NCBI GenBank assembly: GCA_045837725.1
Contig: JBEWZL010000263.1
Span: 186,001 to 250,000, forward strand
DNA from: Vermamoeba vermiformis
Lineage: Eukaryota
Length of the DNA: 64,000 nt
Direction: 5' to 3'
Made by a program: the position numbers and the translations under genes. The notes under the pieces were generated by a model that was not told where the DNA came from, did no database searches, and was given only the letters and a program-made list of their open reading frames with translations. This document shows, in pieces, positions 37,865-51,581 of the stretch; positions within the stretch are counted from its first letter, which is position 1, and every line of letters starts with the position of its first letter.

Positions 37865-38344
37865 TTACTGGTATGATATATATCACAGTATTATACTTAG
37901 TTTTCCTTTCTGCGCCTTTCACCTATTTATTTGTAATAAATATTATTTATTTTGGATGCGCGTCCAAGGAAAGGATTATAGTTACCAGGATATTATTTAC
38001 TATATTGCAATATAGTATATCTGGCCAATCTAATCTTTGGATCGGAACTTCTGATCCACCTCGTCCATTTCGTACTGCGTTTACCGTATCTTTCTAGATC
38101 TGAATCACTTCGTACTCATAAATGATTGTCAACTCCTCTGATCGTCTTGAAATATTTAACTATAAAATATCTAACAAAATCTCGACGGACGTGACCCGCG
38201 AGATTAAATTTCGTTAGATGTGTCACGCACATGTCAAAATTTTGGGCGCGGGTAGTTTGTCAGACCATTTCAATCTTTGAAATTTTCATCGACTGGAGGA
38301 TGTATATGCGATATTTACTCAAATTTATATAAAGCAGAATCAAT

Positions 38345-41300
38345 ATGACAGACACCAGTAAATCAAAATCGCCCAAAGAGATCTTGGCTAAAATAGAAAG
38401 CAAACTTAAATCATCAGCTAAAACTAATACAACGCCAGTAGTTAAACCATCTACTACTACAGTAAATAATGGCTCGAGCACCTCTGCTGATTTTGACTCG
38501 CGACGAGCAACATTAACCACCACGGAGAATCCAGTTAAAAATACGCCCATTCCGGTCGGGCATTACAAAGCATATAGTACTGCTACATCGACATTATCTA
38601 GTAGCAACTACAGTGTTGATAATACGAGTCCAAAAGATTCTATGATGGATTCAATATCATTATCGCAATCGGGCTCTCCCCGAGTTCTTTCAGCTTCTCC
38701 AAAGGGGTAAGTAAAATAATGACATAACATATATAAAATTATTATTTTCACAGTGGCTCAAATTTATTTTTCAATCCGAGTTGGATGCGTTGAGATTCAG
38801 CCGTCTTTCTCTGAGAAGCTTCATTTTGCTCAATTTTCTGTTATATTGATTATTAATGAGCTTTTTAGCGACTCTTGGGTATCTGTGTCACCAAAAACCG
38901 ACGACAAAACCAAATCCGCTCTCACAGAACTCAAGTCCCGTATTGACAATATGACGTTAGAGCTTGCTCGAACAGAATTTTATGCAGAGGTAATATACAT
39001 AATTTTATGAGATATTTGCCTTGTCATTCTTGAATTCCTCAAGTTTCTAGAACTATCGATCCGAAAATCTTTTTCGTTAAAACTTGACTTGATTACATTC
39101 TGCGGATATTGATTGTGCGAAACAAAATTTATGCTAATTTTCAATAAGCCATAATAGTTCTCATTGATTCCCATTGACTTTCAAGATACTTTCGAAAACT
39201 CGTTACGCTGTGAATTGTCTGTCACTTTGAATTCGAGAAAGGACTGTAAATTATTCAAAATATTAATATTTATTTTTAAATATAGCTCGCTGAAAATTCT
39301 GTCGTGCAAAGTGTCGAGCAGCAACACCAATTATTGAAGAGTGTCAAAGAGTCCATTGCTGTCAACAAAAGATTGAACGAAGAAGTAGCAAGACGGCAGG
39401 TAAAATATTAGCAATAATAATCAACGCAAGACCATATGATCGTAATAGCTGTTAGTCCGATGAACGTAATGTTAAAGAATTTCTATTTTAGGAAACAATC
39501 AACACAAAAATACACAAGCACGCCGAGTTAACTGAAATGGCCACGTCAATTGATAAATTATTCACGCAACTCAAATCATGCAAAGAATTATTGAAGTCAA
39601 AAATAGTCGAGGTTCAGGTGCGTGTTTGACTTTTGCCACAGTCAGTCGTAATTAACATTAGTCTAATATAATTATGATATACAGGGCGGATACAGCTCGA
39701 AGAGTGCGGAGCTACGCAGTTCATCGCGAAAGATAATGTTGAGCGGAAGAAAATCTAGCAAGGAATCAGAGGTACTTTTGAACGATTAATTACCCGGACA
39801 CAAAATATTTTGACAGCAAATATGGTGAAATTCTGTTAAGACTGTCATTCGCGGCACTGATACGTGTCGGCGGAGCCATTTTTAGCATTTTTCTGCTCGC
39901 GAATCTTTGCTAAAGATACTCACAAAATAATGTCAAAACGCTTCTGCGGAATTCATTCTGACGGCTTTAATTTATTAGCCGGACTCACCGAGGCGAGATG
40001 TTAGCTCTATCAATAGAATTGTAGCACTGCAGTCAATTTCACATCACCTCGAAGATTCGTTGTACTTGTACAAAGTCGTCAAGTTACAGAACGACAAACT
40101 GACGTACTTTTTGGAGAAATTGAATGCCAATCAACAGCAACAGGAAGCCAAATTGCAAGAGCTAAACGTACGATTAATCGCGTATTGTAGCCTGTAATTC
40201 TCACACTTTTGTGTAGGAACAAGAAGCACGGTTTAAAACAAACGAAGAGCTCGAGAAAGTACTCAAATCCAAGCTCGTTAATTTCACTGAACCGTTTCAA
40301 CAACTGATTAAACTACTCGACAACGACGACTTGCCGCAAAGTGACAATCAACCCATTAATGAAAAACTGACTCAGATTTGCGCCAAGATTAAGGCTGAAA
40401 ATGAGCGTACGCGCAAAGAGATCAATGAAATCTTAAAGAACGAGCCCGGCATCAAAATACAGGTACCAAATTTACGCTTGATGATGACTTCAGAGACTAA
40501 ATTTTGGCTTAGGTTCGGTCTACTGATGTCGTAGATTTGGCCACGCTTGAAGAGCGCGAGGAAGATGACGACACAATCAAGTTCATTAAAGGCCCGAAGG
40601 GAGAGGCCATTGTTCGAGCGGCCAACATTGACAGGTTGGTGGAAAGACTGACATCGTCGACTTATTCAGGTATGTTGCAGTGCTAGTAGACATCTGGATG
40701 AATAGCCATAGGCAGTCGTAATGCCCGGATTACTAATACTCGTAATCTAGATGTGCTGTTCCGTGACTCGTTCTTGCTGACTTACCGGTCATTTATGAGC
40801 TCCACAGAGCTGATGGAGAAGTTGATCGATAGATACTGCGTGACACCTGTACAGAAAGATCTTTCAGCGGCAATTTTGGAAGCTTTGAGACAAAAGCAAG
40901 TGCCGATTAGATCCAGGTACGTGAGATCCATTTTCAAAATTAGAATTAAGTATACTAATGATGATATCAAATATAGAGTACTGAGTGTCATTAAGCGATG
41001 GATTGACAAGTATTTCTTCGATTTCTCGAACCAGCTCTTCGAAAAGATGTTTTTGAACTTTTTGAACAACACCGTTGCGAAGACTGGATACGAACAACAA
41101 GTGCAGCCATTGATATCGCTCTATAATAGAAAGGTACTAGCCCTCGCCTACATACAGCTCGATACTAATTTGCTCTACTTAAATAGAAACAAGGAATAGA
41201 CGATGAAAAACAACCTAATAACCCACCACCTCCAGAGCCACTTTTACCCATGTTCATCAAGTTCAATGGCATTTGTGACCTGCATCCGATTGAGGTATGA

Positions 41301-42206
41301 TATTGATTGACTAGCAATAGCTATTGTGCGGTACATTAATGATCTGCAGGTGGCACGACAAATTACATTGATCGAAGCTGCGTTGTTCAAAGCGATCAAG
41401 CCGCACGAGTTATTAAATCAAGCGTGGACCAAGAAGGACAAAGAAACTAAGGCACCTAATGCTCTGAGGATGATTAGACATTCTTCGAGAGTAAGTTTTA
41501 ACGCCGTGGTTGAGCATCATAACACGGAAGTTAACATGTTTTAGATTTCGTACTTGGTTGTTCACGAGATTCTACGGTGCGAGTCTATTGCTCGACGAGT
41601 TGAAGCTATTAAGAGGTTTATCGATACTGCTAATGTAAGCGAGGGACCTTCAACGAAGCTGTGTTTAACTCTCTTTATAGGAATGTAGCAAGATTGGTAA
41701 CTTCAACGCAGTCATGGAGATCACAGCGGGTCTAGGCAATGTAGCGATCTCGCGATTGCAAAAGACGTGGCGCGAAGTTGAGAACGAGAAGGTGTTCTTG
41801 CTCGAGGACTTGCAAGAGTACAGCAACAACAACTACAAAATTCTCAGAACTCTCGTGCACTCCACACCAAGTGTCATCCCGTTCTTAGGTACGTCGACCA
41901 TTATAAAGTTATAAAAAGTATCATTACTAACTTTGATTTTTAGGTGTTTACTTGACGGATCTAACGTTTATCGAAGATGGTTCCAAGGACATGTTCGGCA
42001 ATTTAATTAACTTCTCGAAGCACCTGAAAATTGCCGAGCAGATTCTGGAGCTGCAACGATTCCAGCAGAGCTTGAATTACAACTTCAAGCCGATCGATTA
42101 CATTCAATCGTTTATCGAGGACTCTGAATTGATAGACGAGGAGACAGCATATGAAATGTCAGTCAAGCTGGAGGCAAAGAAAATTCCAAAGGTTTTCGAC
42201 ACATAA
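38345..42206 (+). CDS. RasGEF (coiled coil, REM and CDC25 domains)
   Basis: FRDSFLLTYRSF, RVLSVIKRWIDKYFFDF, VARQITLIE, GNFNAVMEI, PSVIPFLGVYLTDLTFIEDG and LINFSK. Confidence 0.92.
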
Positions 42207-42372
42207 TTGTACAATAAAATAGGTTTTGTAGCGTTACAACTTCATTTACGCATTATTTCCTTTTTTAGATCTTCTTACGCCGGAAAGTTGTACTGCGAGG
42301 CGTTGGAGTACTCATTATTAGTTGTCGTGATTATAGGCAAGAGTGTCCTGTGAATCAAAAGAGTTCACTACG

Positions 42373-44706
42373 ATGACAAAAATCGAGCATCTGGTATTTT
42401 TTGTTCTGCTGATCAGTGCACAGCACATTACGCCAGCATTGTGCCGTAATATCCAAAGGGCATATCCGGAGGGCAATGATAGTGTTGTAATCCCTGAGGT
42501 AAACGCAATAAATTTTTGATACGTATTCTCGATGCATTTTTTATAAAATAAAACAAAGTATGAATATAATAGTATAATATTATCGGCAAATTAATGCTCA
42601 ACATAATCTAATTTTTGAACATAATAGGGTTGGGTTCAGTCCGATCTTAAAGCAACTTCTGATACTGACGTGCGCTTCGTTATTGGATTAAAACTACAAA
42701 ATGAAGAACAGTTATTGGTGAGTTTTTAGTTAATTATTGGTAGTTAACTCACCATCTAATGCAGGAAAAATTCTGGTCGGTTTCAGATCCAGATCATCCT
42801 GATTACGGTATGGCTGATACTGGGATCGCTTCGCCAATATTAACGTTATCTTGCAGGCAAATATATGACGCTGGAAGAAATTACCTCTTTAGTAGCACCG
42901 TTGGACTCGCATATTGAGGTTGTTCGCTCGTGGTTGGAGGCTCATGGCGTCACCTCGATAGACAGTATAATCACCAAAGACTACTTGATTGCTGTTGCCC
43001 CTGTCAGAGTTGTCGAGAAGGTGCGTGTTAAAAAATACATTATAATACAGAGGACATTCTATGCCTCTCGCAGAGTACCACTGCAGATCTAACACTTCGT
43101 CTTCTTTAGATGTTCCAAGTAACCCTTCGTTACTTCGATAATGCTTATGACGATAGAAGAGTATTGCGATCAAGCATGCCTTACTCTGTTCCTGCAGAGC
43201 TGTCCTCGGCTATTGACATCGTGTTTGGACTAACAAACTTCCCTGCTACCACCCTTCCGATAATTCACAGCTCTAAACGAAATACTCATCAATTTGCACC
43301 TGCCGTCTATCCAAACAACATCAAGAGGGTGCTGCACATTGGAGATGTTGTTGGCAGTGGTCGTGATGACAATGTTCAGGTGCGTATCAGATCCGTTATA
43401 TTGTTAAAATTCTAACGTTTAACTAGGCTGTCGTTGAATTCGTGGGCCAGTACTACAATCCCGCGGATTTGGTGTATTTCTTGAACTACTTCGGCTTGCC
43501 TAATCAAACGATCAGCAATGTTATCGGTTACAACGATCCGACTAATGCGGGCGAAGAAGGTATGAATCAAAATATACCTGCCACTCACTAATTTTTATCA
43601 GCTACCTTGGACGTACAATACATCGTGGGAATTGGAACGAATGTTAGCACTTGGTACGCATCTACAGTGTTATGTTAATCAGGCTAACATTGAGTAGGTT
43701 TTATTCAATCCCGGCTCCAAGCACCGATCCCGATCCGTTTCTTGACTGGTTGTTGTTGATGAGCAACGAGACTCAAATACCGAATGTCATCTCAGTGTCT
43801 TACGGAGGAGCTGAAAATAGCTTCACTCTTCAGTCTGTCACAAGATGTAACGTGGAGTTTGTCAAAGCGTAAGTTATGCATTATATAGTAGTACCCATAT
43901 CTGACACTCATTAGTGGGCTTCGTGGCTCTACGATATTGTTCGCTTCTGGTGATTCGGGAGTGGGCTGCAACGCGAACTGCACTAGTTTCGTACCCAACT
44001 GGCCAGCGAGTAGCCCGTACGTTACCGCTGTCGGAGGCGCTATATTAGACAAAGAATCACCCTTTGCAGTCGAAGGTGACTCGATATCGGGAGGTGGATT
44101 CTCGAGTTATTTTGGCGTGCCCAAGTATCAAGTACGTAACGGAAGACCACATTTTGCACGGTACTAATCTGCCGTAGAAAAATGCTGTTGCTAGCTATAT
44201 CGCTAAAAGCAAGTTACCTCCAACGTCTTTTTATAATATAAGTGGTCGTGGTATCCCCGACTTGGCTGGATTCTCCGAAAATGTCGTCATATTCATGGGC
44301 GGCGGTGAAGTTGGTGCAGGTCAGTTGTTAACAACGTCGAAAGTTTAAACACTTAATTGACCACTCATTTTATAGCGGGCACATCCTGCTCAGCCCCAAT
44401 TACTGCGGGAGTATTGTCGCTAATCAACGACGCGCTACTGCAGAAGGGAAAACCACCTTTGGGATTCTTCAATCAGCTCTTGTACAAACTCACGCCAAAG
44501 TATCCTAATGCAATCTACGGTAGGCATTATATTATTGAATACCACGATCTCACATTAGCATAGACGTCAAGATCGGTGTGCCTAACGGTTATGAATGTTG
44601 CTCTGGATTTTCATGTGCGACTGGTTGGGATCCCGTGACTGGCTTAGGTATCACGATGTTCACCGAGCTCCGCGATGCAATTTTCAAGTATCTTCAATAT
44701 GTGTAA
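42373..44706 (+). CDS. Tripeptidyl-peptidase I-like serine-carboxyl peptidase (sedolisin, S53)
   Basis: Signal peptide; prodomain SDPDHPDYGKY; EATLDVQY, SVSYG, FASGDSG, PASSPYVTAVGG, SGGGFS, GTSCSAP and GWDPVTGLG. Confidence 0.93.
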
Positions 44707-44807
44707 CTCTTCAAACGCTTTGATAAACGAAGTAAAGCTGGTAGGATTTTGGTGTTTTTTTCTAGCGCCGATAAATTCCGGGAAAGGGCCTGTGCCTTCG
44801 TTGTCCC

Positions 44808-47800
44808 ATGGCAAAATTATTTGTAAAAACCAAAATGAATGAACAACCACAGCTAGGCGCCGAAAATTGCGACAAGAAGCGAAAAAATCCGTTTTCGGAC
44901 TCCTCCCAACCAAAGAGACGGAAAATGGATTCAGATTCGGAGGCTAGGATCAAAATGAACTCCTTAAATGACGAAAAAATGGAAGAAAATATGGGCGATA
45001 TTTTACCTTACGAAATATTAATTCAAATATTCCAAACTCTTTCTCCTGCGGATCGAGCCAAGGCATCTGTCACTTGTCATGCTTGGCGAACCACAGCGCA
45101 GGATGATTCTTTGGCCTGGTACCCTTTATCTCGGTACAGATTGACGGAATCTCTTAGTAACTACAGATATAATAAATTGAAAGCACCTGGCTCGTACAAA
45201 ACATTGATCGAAGCACGAACGGCGAACATCACTTCCGATCTGCAGTTTGATGGGATTTTGCAATACATTGGCGTAGATCCTTACAATCGAAGTAATCACT
45301 ATTACTGGGTAAGTCGGTTAATATTATCTAATATCGAACTAACATTTTAACAGGTCAAATTTAACTCTGAGATCCGTCTATTCAGCGGCACCTCCAAATT
45401 TATGTCTGACGATTGGAATTCTGATGCATATCGGTACTTTTTACACGAAGAGAAGCATCACTATGCACCTGGTGTATTTGAAATGATTATAAAAGGCGAA
45501 GTGAATGTCAGGAAGTACGCGTTGCTTTGGATTTGAATTGTTACTAACGTGGCTCAAAGAGTTGAACGGCGTGTGCGAAATGGAGAAACAATCGGACAAC
45601 GAGGAAGTTTGCTTAATATAGCAGCGAAGCATTTTTTGGACCAAGAAATGAAGCGCCAGCCGAAAAATAACTGGGAGAAAACTTATTTACGGCAAGGTTA
45701 CAATTCGTTATTGTCGTACACGCCACAGGTAGATATTATATATGACATTTCGGACTTTATTTTTGATGGCTTCAAATATTGCAGGTGGATGCAGTTGTGA
45801 CAGCCCAAAACGAGCGATTGCTCGGGGTCAAGTTGCACGACTACCAATTACGCGCCATAAATTTCATGGTGTCTGTCGAGCAAGAGCGCAAGCGTAAGGT
45901 TTAATCGTGCACGGTGTATGTAATAATTTTTTTCTTAGAACTGAAATTCTCTCCGTTGCTCTTCTTGCCGATGAGCTATTTGTTAGTCAATCCTTTAACC
46001 GCTGATAATTCGTTGGTTCTGCCCGAGGATGCTGAGAAGCACGATATGACGTTCACTGTGAAAGGTATGTTGACACGTGTCAATGGATCCACTGACATTA
46101 TGCGCTATCAGGCGGTGTTTTGGCAGATGAAATGGGCCTCGGAAAGTCACTCGAAGGTTCGTGCATGCATTTTTGATATCGTTCGTTGCTAATTTATGTA
46201 GTTTTGGGACTCATTTTACAACGTCCAATGATTCAAAAGCCCGATGAAGACAAGCTCTTCGTGTCCAAGGCCACACTAAGTAATCAACAGCCTTATTTTC
46301 ATCGTCACAATCTCTCACATATTCGTTAGTTTTTTGCCCCAATCACTTGGTCCAGCAGTGGCAAGATGAGATTGAAAAGCACACTCAACCCAAGCTGTCC
46401 GTGCTAACCATCACAACGATTCATCACGTCAAGAAGTACACGCCGCAAGATGTGATGGACGCTGACGTTGTGATCGCTAGTTACAATTTATTGCAAAATC
46501 GTAATTATCTCAAATATCCAAACGGCGAAGATGACGAGAAACCTGAACTTCATCCGAATCGCAGATTCCAACGGATCGACGCTTTATTGGAGGTAAGTAG
46601 CACCGTTTTATTAGTTTTACTAAGTTAACCTCGTGCACGATAGGAGAACCGTAAGAAAAAGAACGCTGAAACAGCTAAAGGAGTGATATTGGAGCACTAT
46701 TTATGGCACCGCATTGTGCTGGACGAAGGCCACGAAGTGATCAAAGAAGACAAGTTGGTTAAAATGCTGCACAATTTCAGCTGTACCCACAAATGGCTCG
46801 TCTCTGGCACGCCTTTTCCACGAGGGTCAGTCACTTTGAGTATTGTTTTCTTTGAACCTTTTTAACAATATGTAGGAGCGATATGTACAAAGTGAGACAT
46901 TGGCTCGACATTGCTATTCTCCAGGGCGGGGAGCAGGAGTACCCTCTTGGTGTCAACTACAGTTCCGTGTACTACATGCCAAATAACCTGGTGCCCGTCG
47001 AGTAAGTATTGCAAGAATGGATCATTTGACTCCGAATCAATTACTAAAGTACATCCTCCTAGTCGTGCTTTGGGCGATTTCTTTATTCAAAAGTTGCTGT
47101 GGAGAAACACAAAGGTATTAGAACTATAATTGAACGTGTCAACTGAACGAACATTACTTCTTAGAAAAGTGTCAATGTGGAGTATGAAATGGTTTCAGTG
47201 AAGGAAGAGATCAAGTCCGTTACATTTACGCCGCTAGAGAAAGCAATTCACAGCCATTTTTCATATTATTATTGCGACAAAGAGCAACGAGCCAGTTGTT
47301 GTGTCATGCAAAGTGAATGGGGCAAAACAAATGAAGAGCGCAAGAATTATTTCATTGCTTTAAGGCAAAAATGGATTAACGAGGTGCAAGGTGAGCTCGA
47401 CGAGTTGAATACAAAGCACCAGTTCTACAGTACGAAGTTGGAAAAGCGTAAAAAAGTGGACCCGACAAACACGGTTGGCTTGAACGCTGCAAATGACTTT
47501 ATGAGGAGCTATCCCGGATTTAACACCGCGTTAACTGAGCGATTAGCTCGGCATAAGGCGATTTTGAAAGAATTTCAAAGTTTGGTAAGATCCGGATCAA
47601 CAAACGAGCGGTAAAATATTAATAATTTTACTTATAGGAGCTCGATGAAGACAACGAAGAGGTAGGAATGGACATAATATATAATGTAATTGACAATTTT
47701 AGGGCCACACGACCAAACTACGCGAGCTGGTGTCGTACCTGAAAGAGCTGTTCGAGCGAGATCCGACAAAGCGTGTCATCATCTTCTCGCAGTACCACGG

Positions 47801-48272
47801 CTTCTTGGAACAAATAGGCAGAGAACTCACTGAGAACGATATTATGACCACTAATCTCAAAGGGTAAGATTCAAGTGTCAAACTTCGATTTTTGACATGT
47901 CAATCTGATTGTCGTGCCCTAGAAATGTGTATCAAAAGGCGAATGGATTGAGCAAGTTCAAGGCGGACAAATCAGCCGTCAAAGTGATGCTCATGAGCTT
48001 CAACAAGACCTCTTCGGGCACCAATCTGATCGAAGCCAGTCACGTGATCTTCATGGGTACGTATTCAATGAATATTATCACAGTACTGAAGCCATGCTGA
48101 ATGGGAATCAGATCCACTGAACAAGTCAGTCATGGAAGTCAAAGCGATCGAGTCTCAAGCCATTGGACGCGCACAGCGACAAGGACAGACGCAACCAGTC
48201 ACACTCGTTCGATTTCTGGTCGCTGATTCTGTCGAGACCGAAGTGCACGCCAGAAATACCAGAGTGAAGTGA
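44808..48272 (+). CDS. F-box plus SNF2-family (Rad5/Rad16/SHPRH-like) helicase
   Basis: F-box ILPYEILIQIF...VTCHAWR. Helicase motifs GGVLADEMGLGK, WHRIVLDEGH, SGTP, IIFSQY, SGTNLIEASHV and QAIGRAQRQGQ. Confidence 0.88.
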
Positions 48273-48526
48273 AGACTATATGAATATGTAGTAGCATATT
48301 GTAATAAAACACAGAATCAATACATTCGCTAGATCCGGGCCCGATGCCAATTATTTTCTTGCTCTCAAAGCGAATAGGCTTCTGATGTGAATCCACGTAA
48401 TGTTGGCACAGCCTTTGAGGGCGTAGTGAATTTTATGTGACATACGCAATTCACACGCAGGCGGATATTTTATCGGCAAAAACAACGACAGAATCTTTAT
48501 AATTTCGTACACAAGTAACACCACAC

Positions 48527-50876
48527 ATGAATCGTGTAGTATTAGTGTCGTGCTTATTAATTTTAGCTAGCTTAGCCAGCGCTGAGTGGAGTAAGTAATT
48601 TGTTTAATACGGACTATTGGATCTGCTCGTTAACGAATCAAATTGAATAGCGCTTCCACTGCCATTCGTATCGAATGTATTCAGCTCATCAATGGTTCTT
48701 CAAAGAGAGCCTCAAAGGTAACCCGATCCACTCAAATAGATCGTTACACTACATTGATCCCACGAAACAATTCTTTTAACATTATTTCGCAGCGCAAAAA
48801 TATGGGGATGGTCTAAAGTAGCAGATAAAGTGAATTTGACGCTTACTGATGCCTCGCAGAACAGCGAATACTACGAGGCAACTGCTGGCTCGGATGGCAA
48901 GTAAGTTGGACCATTTAAAACAGAGTCGGGCATCCGTGTATTTAAATCTATTAATCGTACCGATCCCCGCTTTATTTATTAATTTATACTAACGCGTCAA
49001 TCTCGCTGTATTTGACATTCGATTGACATGATCTCGTATCAACTTCAGATGGCTCATCACCTTATCGCCGAAACAAGCTGGTATGATACGGCTGTGATTA
49101 TTTATGAATTGTTTTAGCTAACTGAAAGCAGGCGGTCCTTATTCAATCGTGATCCAAGGAGCCGCGGGAAACAGCTCAACATTGACAGATGTGCTGTTTG
49201 GTGACGTTTATTGGTGCTCTGGACAATCAAATATGGAGGCAAGAATGATTTAAAGGATAATTTAACCACTAATTCAGCCACCCTAATTGTTTATTGTAGT
49301 TCTCTCTATCGGCCGCATTCAACGGAACAGCCGCTGCAGCCGTGGCAGGAAACTACACGAACATCAGATTGATCCGCGTGCCTCGCATTAACTACCCCGT
49401 GCCTTATGTACGTTATACTTCGAGATACTTGTAGCTGTCATTGTTGACACCTGTCATCATTACTAGGATTTGTGGAGCCCCAATCCCGTGCTCAATGCCA
49501 CTACTCGCTGGTACCAAGCAGCTACCAGCGTCGTGTCGAGTTTCAGCGCAGTGTGCTGGTGGAATGCAGTGCACATGTCAGACGAGTTGAACAACACTGT
49601 GCCGATCGGTCTCATTGGCAACTACTGGGGCGGCACTGCTATTGAGCGCTGGTTGAGTCCTCAGTTGTACAACGCTTCAGGGTGTGCGGGCCAAAGCACT
49701 TTCATCGACAATCAAGCGACCATCTTCAACGCAATGGTGTACCCGTTCATTCCCATGGCACTCAAGTCCATGTACTGGTACCAAGGTGAAGCTAACGGCG
49801 GTGCTCCAGACTACTACAAGTGCATTCTGCCCAAGTTTGTTGCTGACTACCGCACTCTGTTCAACTCAGGTACGTGATCTGCTGCAACCTATCGATTCTT
49901 TCACAGTTTTAACCTAAGGCCTTGTACACAGACATGCCGTTCACGTTCGTGCAACTAGCTCCCATGAACTACACGGGAGATTTCTGGCCCAAGTTTAGAG
50001 CGATGCAATACGACGCGTCGTTGTTGATCGACAAATCGTGCCTCGTCAGCACTACTGACCTCGGTGACTTGGACTCAGGCGGAGGTCCTATTGTACGTAT
50101 TAAGAGTCGTTCTTAAGGCACAACTGACATAGTTGATAGCACCCTCGTATTAAAGAGCCTGTTGGCTATCGTGCTTCCTTGTGCACAAGAAGACTTGTGT
50201 ACGGCAAGAGCGGTGTTTGGAACGGTCCTTTGCCTTTGGTACGGTACTTTAGTACGACGAAACACGTTGTAATCTATCCTCTTAGTGTGCTACAGCTAGT
50301 AACGACACGAATGAGATCACAGTGTCATTTGTTAAAGACACGATTGGCACTGTAAGTAACACTTTCCGGTCAACTTTTTTACAGCTTCTGACGAATGACA
50401 GGGTCTGGTATTCAATGAGCCTTATTGTCCTAATGGCTACGGACTAGCAACCTGTGGCTTGCCCTGGTCGGTGTACAACGGCACGGCGTGGTACAATGCA
50501 ACATTCACAATGAGTGACGACAAGACTCAAGTGATTTTGAGCGGTGATTATATCATCTCAAAGTACGTGCCATGCAATTAACTGGCTTGATTGAGCACTA
50601 ATGATCTTTATCAATAGCCAATCTACGATTCAAATCCGTTACGCGTGGGGTTCGTACTCACAAGCAACGCTGTTCAACTCGGCCAATGTCGCATCACCAG
50701 TGTTCGCCATCAAGCTGTCAGAGTGTCCTGTCGAACCACCACTCGTCGAGCCACCACTCGTCGAGACCCCGCAGAGTCCGTCGAACTCTCCTTCTGCGCA
50801 CGCCAGCAGCGCAGTTACCATACTGTCACTCGCCAGCTTGCCTTTTGTATTGCTGGTCCTTGCGTTCCTTGCTTAA
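48527..50876 (+). CDS. Sialate O-acetylesterase (SASA/SGNH), secreted with a GPI-like tail
   Basis: MVLQRE, GDVYWCSGQSNME, FSAVCW, WGGTAIERW, WYQGEAN, VQLAP, HPRIKEPVGYR and IRYAW. Pro/Ser stalk and hydrophobic C-terminus. Confidence 0.92.
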
Positions 50877-51581
50877 GTTAGTAAACCTCGAGCTTTATCG
50901 GCAACCACGTAGAAGGTATCAATACAACGTGTTATTAGAATGTTTTGTTTGTGTTAATATCATAGGCAATTTCGATGCGATTTCATCCGGTCATACTTGA
51001 CAAGCAGCTCCATCACTCACGTTGGTAAACACCACAAGGGACTGCAGATGTGTTGCAGCTAATAATAATTCATCGTTCAAATATTATTCCAGATCGAGTA
51101 ATTAACATAATCTTTCGACCGAGCTAATGCATCACCATAACTTCGCTATGATAAGATATTATCAATTATTTTCTAGCAGGCGCGTTCACTCAAGCCTTGA
51201 GTAACACAAAGGACCCATCTTGATCTGGTATGATTTTTCTTCCTCGATCACTTCTTGCGTAAGTGCTCCGTTAAAGATTAATGGCTATTAGTAATATTAA
51301 CGATGCTTTAATAATAACTGTAATAATTATTTTGTATTACTACTCACTATTAATTATTTTAGGAGCGTCAAGCAAAAACAGATCCACCGGGGTGCGTCTG
51401 AATTTGCCAAAACGTAAATATTTTTGCCATTTTTATGAAGTAGATACGATGAGACTTTTGTCGTTGTTCGGACTGGCTTTTGGTCCGCCTGGATTGCGCG
51501 AAAAAATCTTGCGCAATTTTTCACCTAAGTTAAAAGTGTTTCAGTTTCTCTTAACTATTGTCATTTGACAATAAATTTAAG

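Noticed and set aside
50730-50768. 15-bp tandem repeat encoding VEPPL-VEPPL-VET
   Set aside because: Simple stalk-region duplication before the GPI signal, not a repeat-spacer array.
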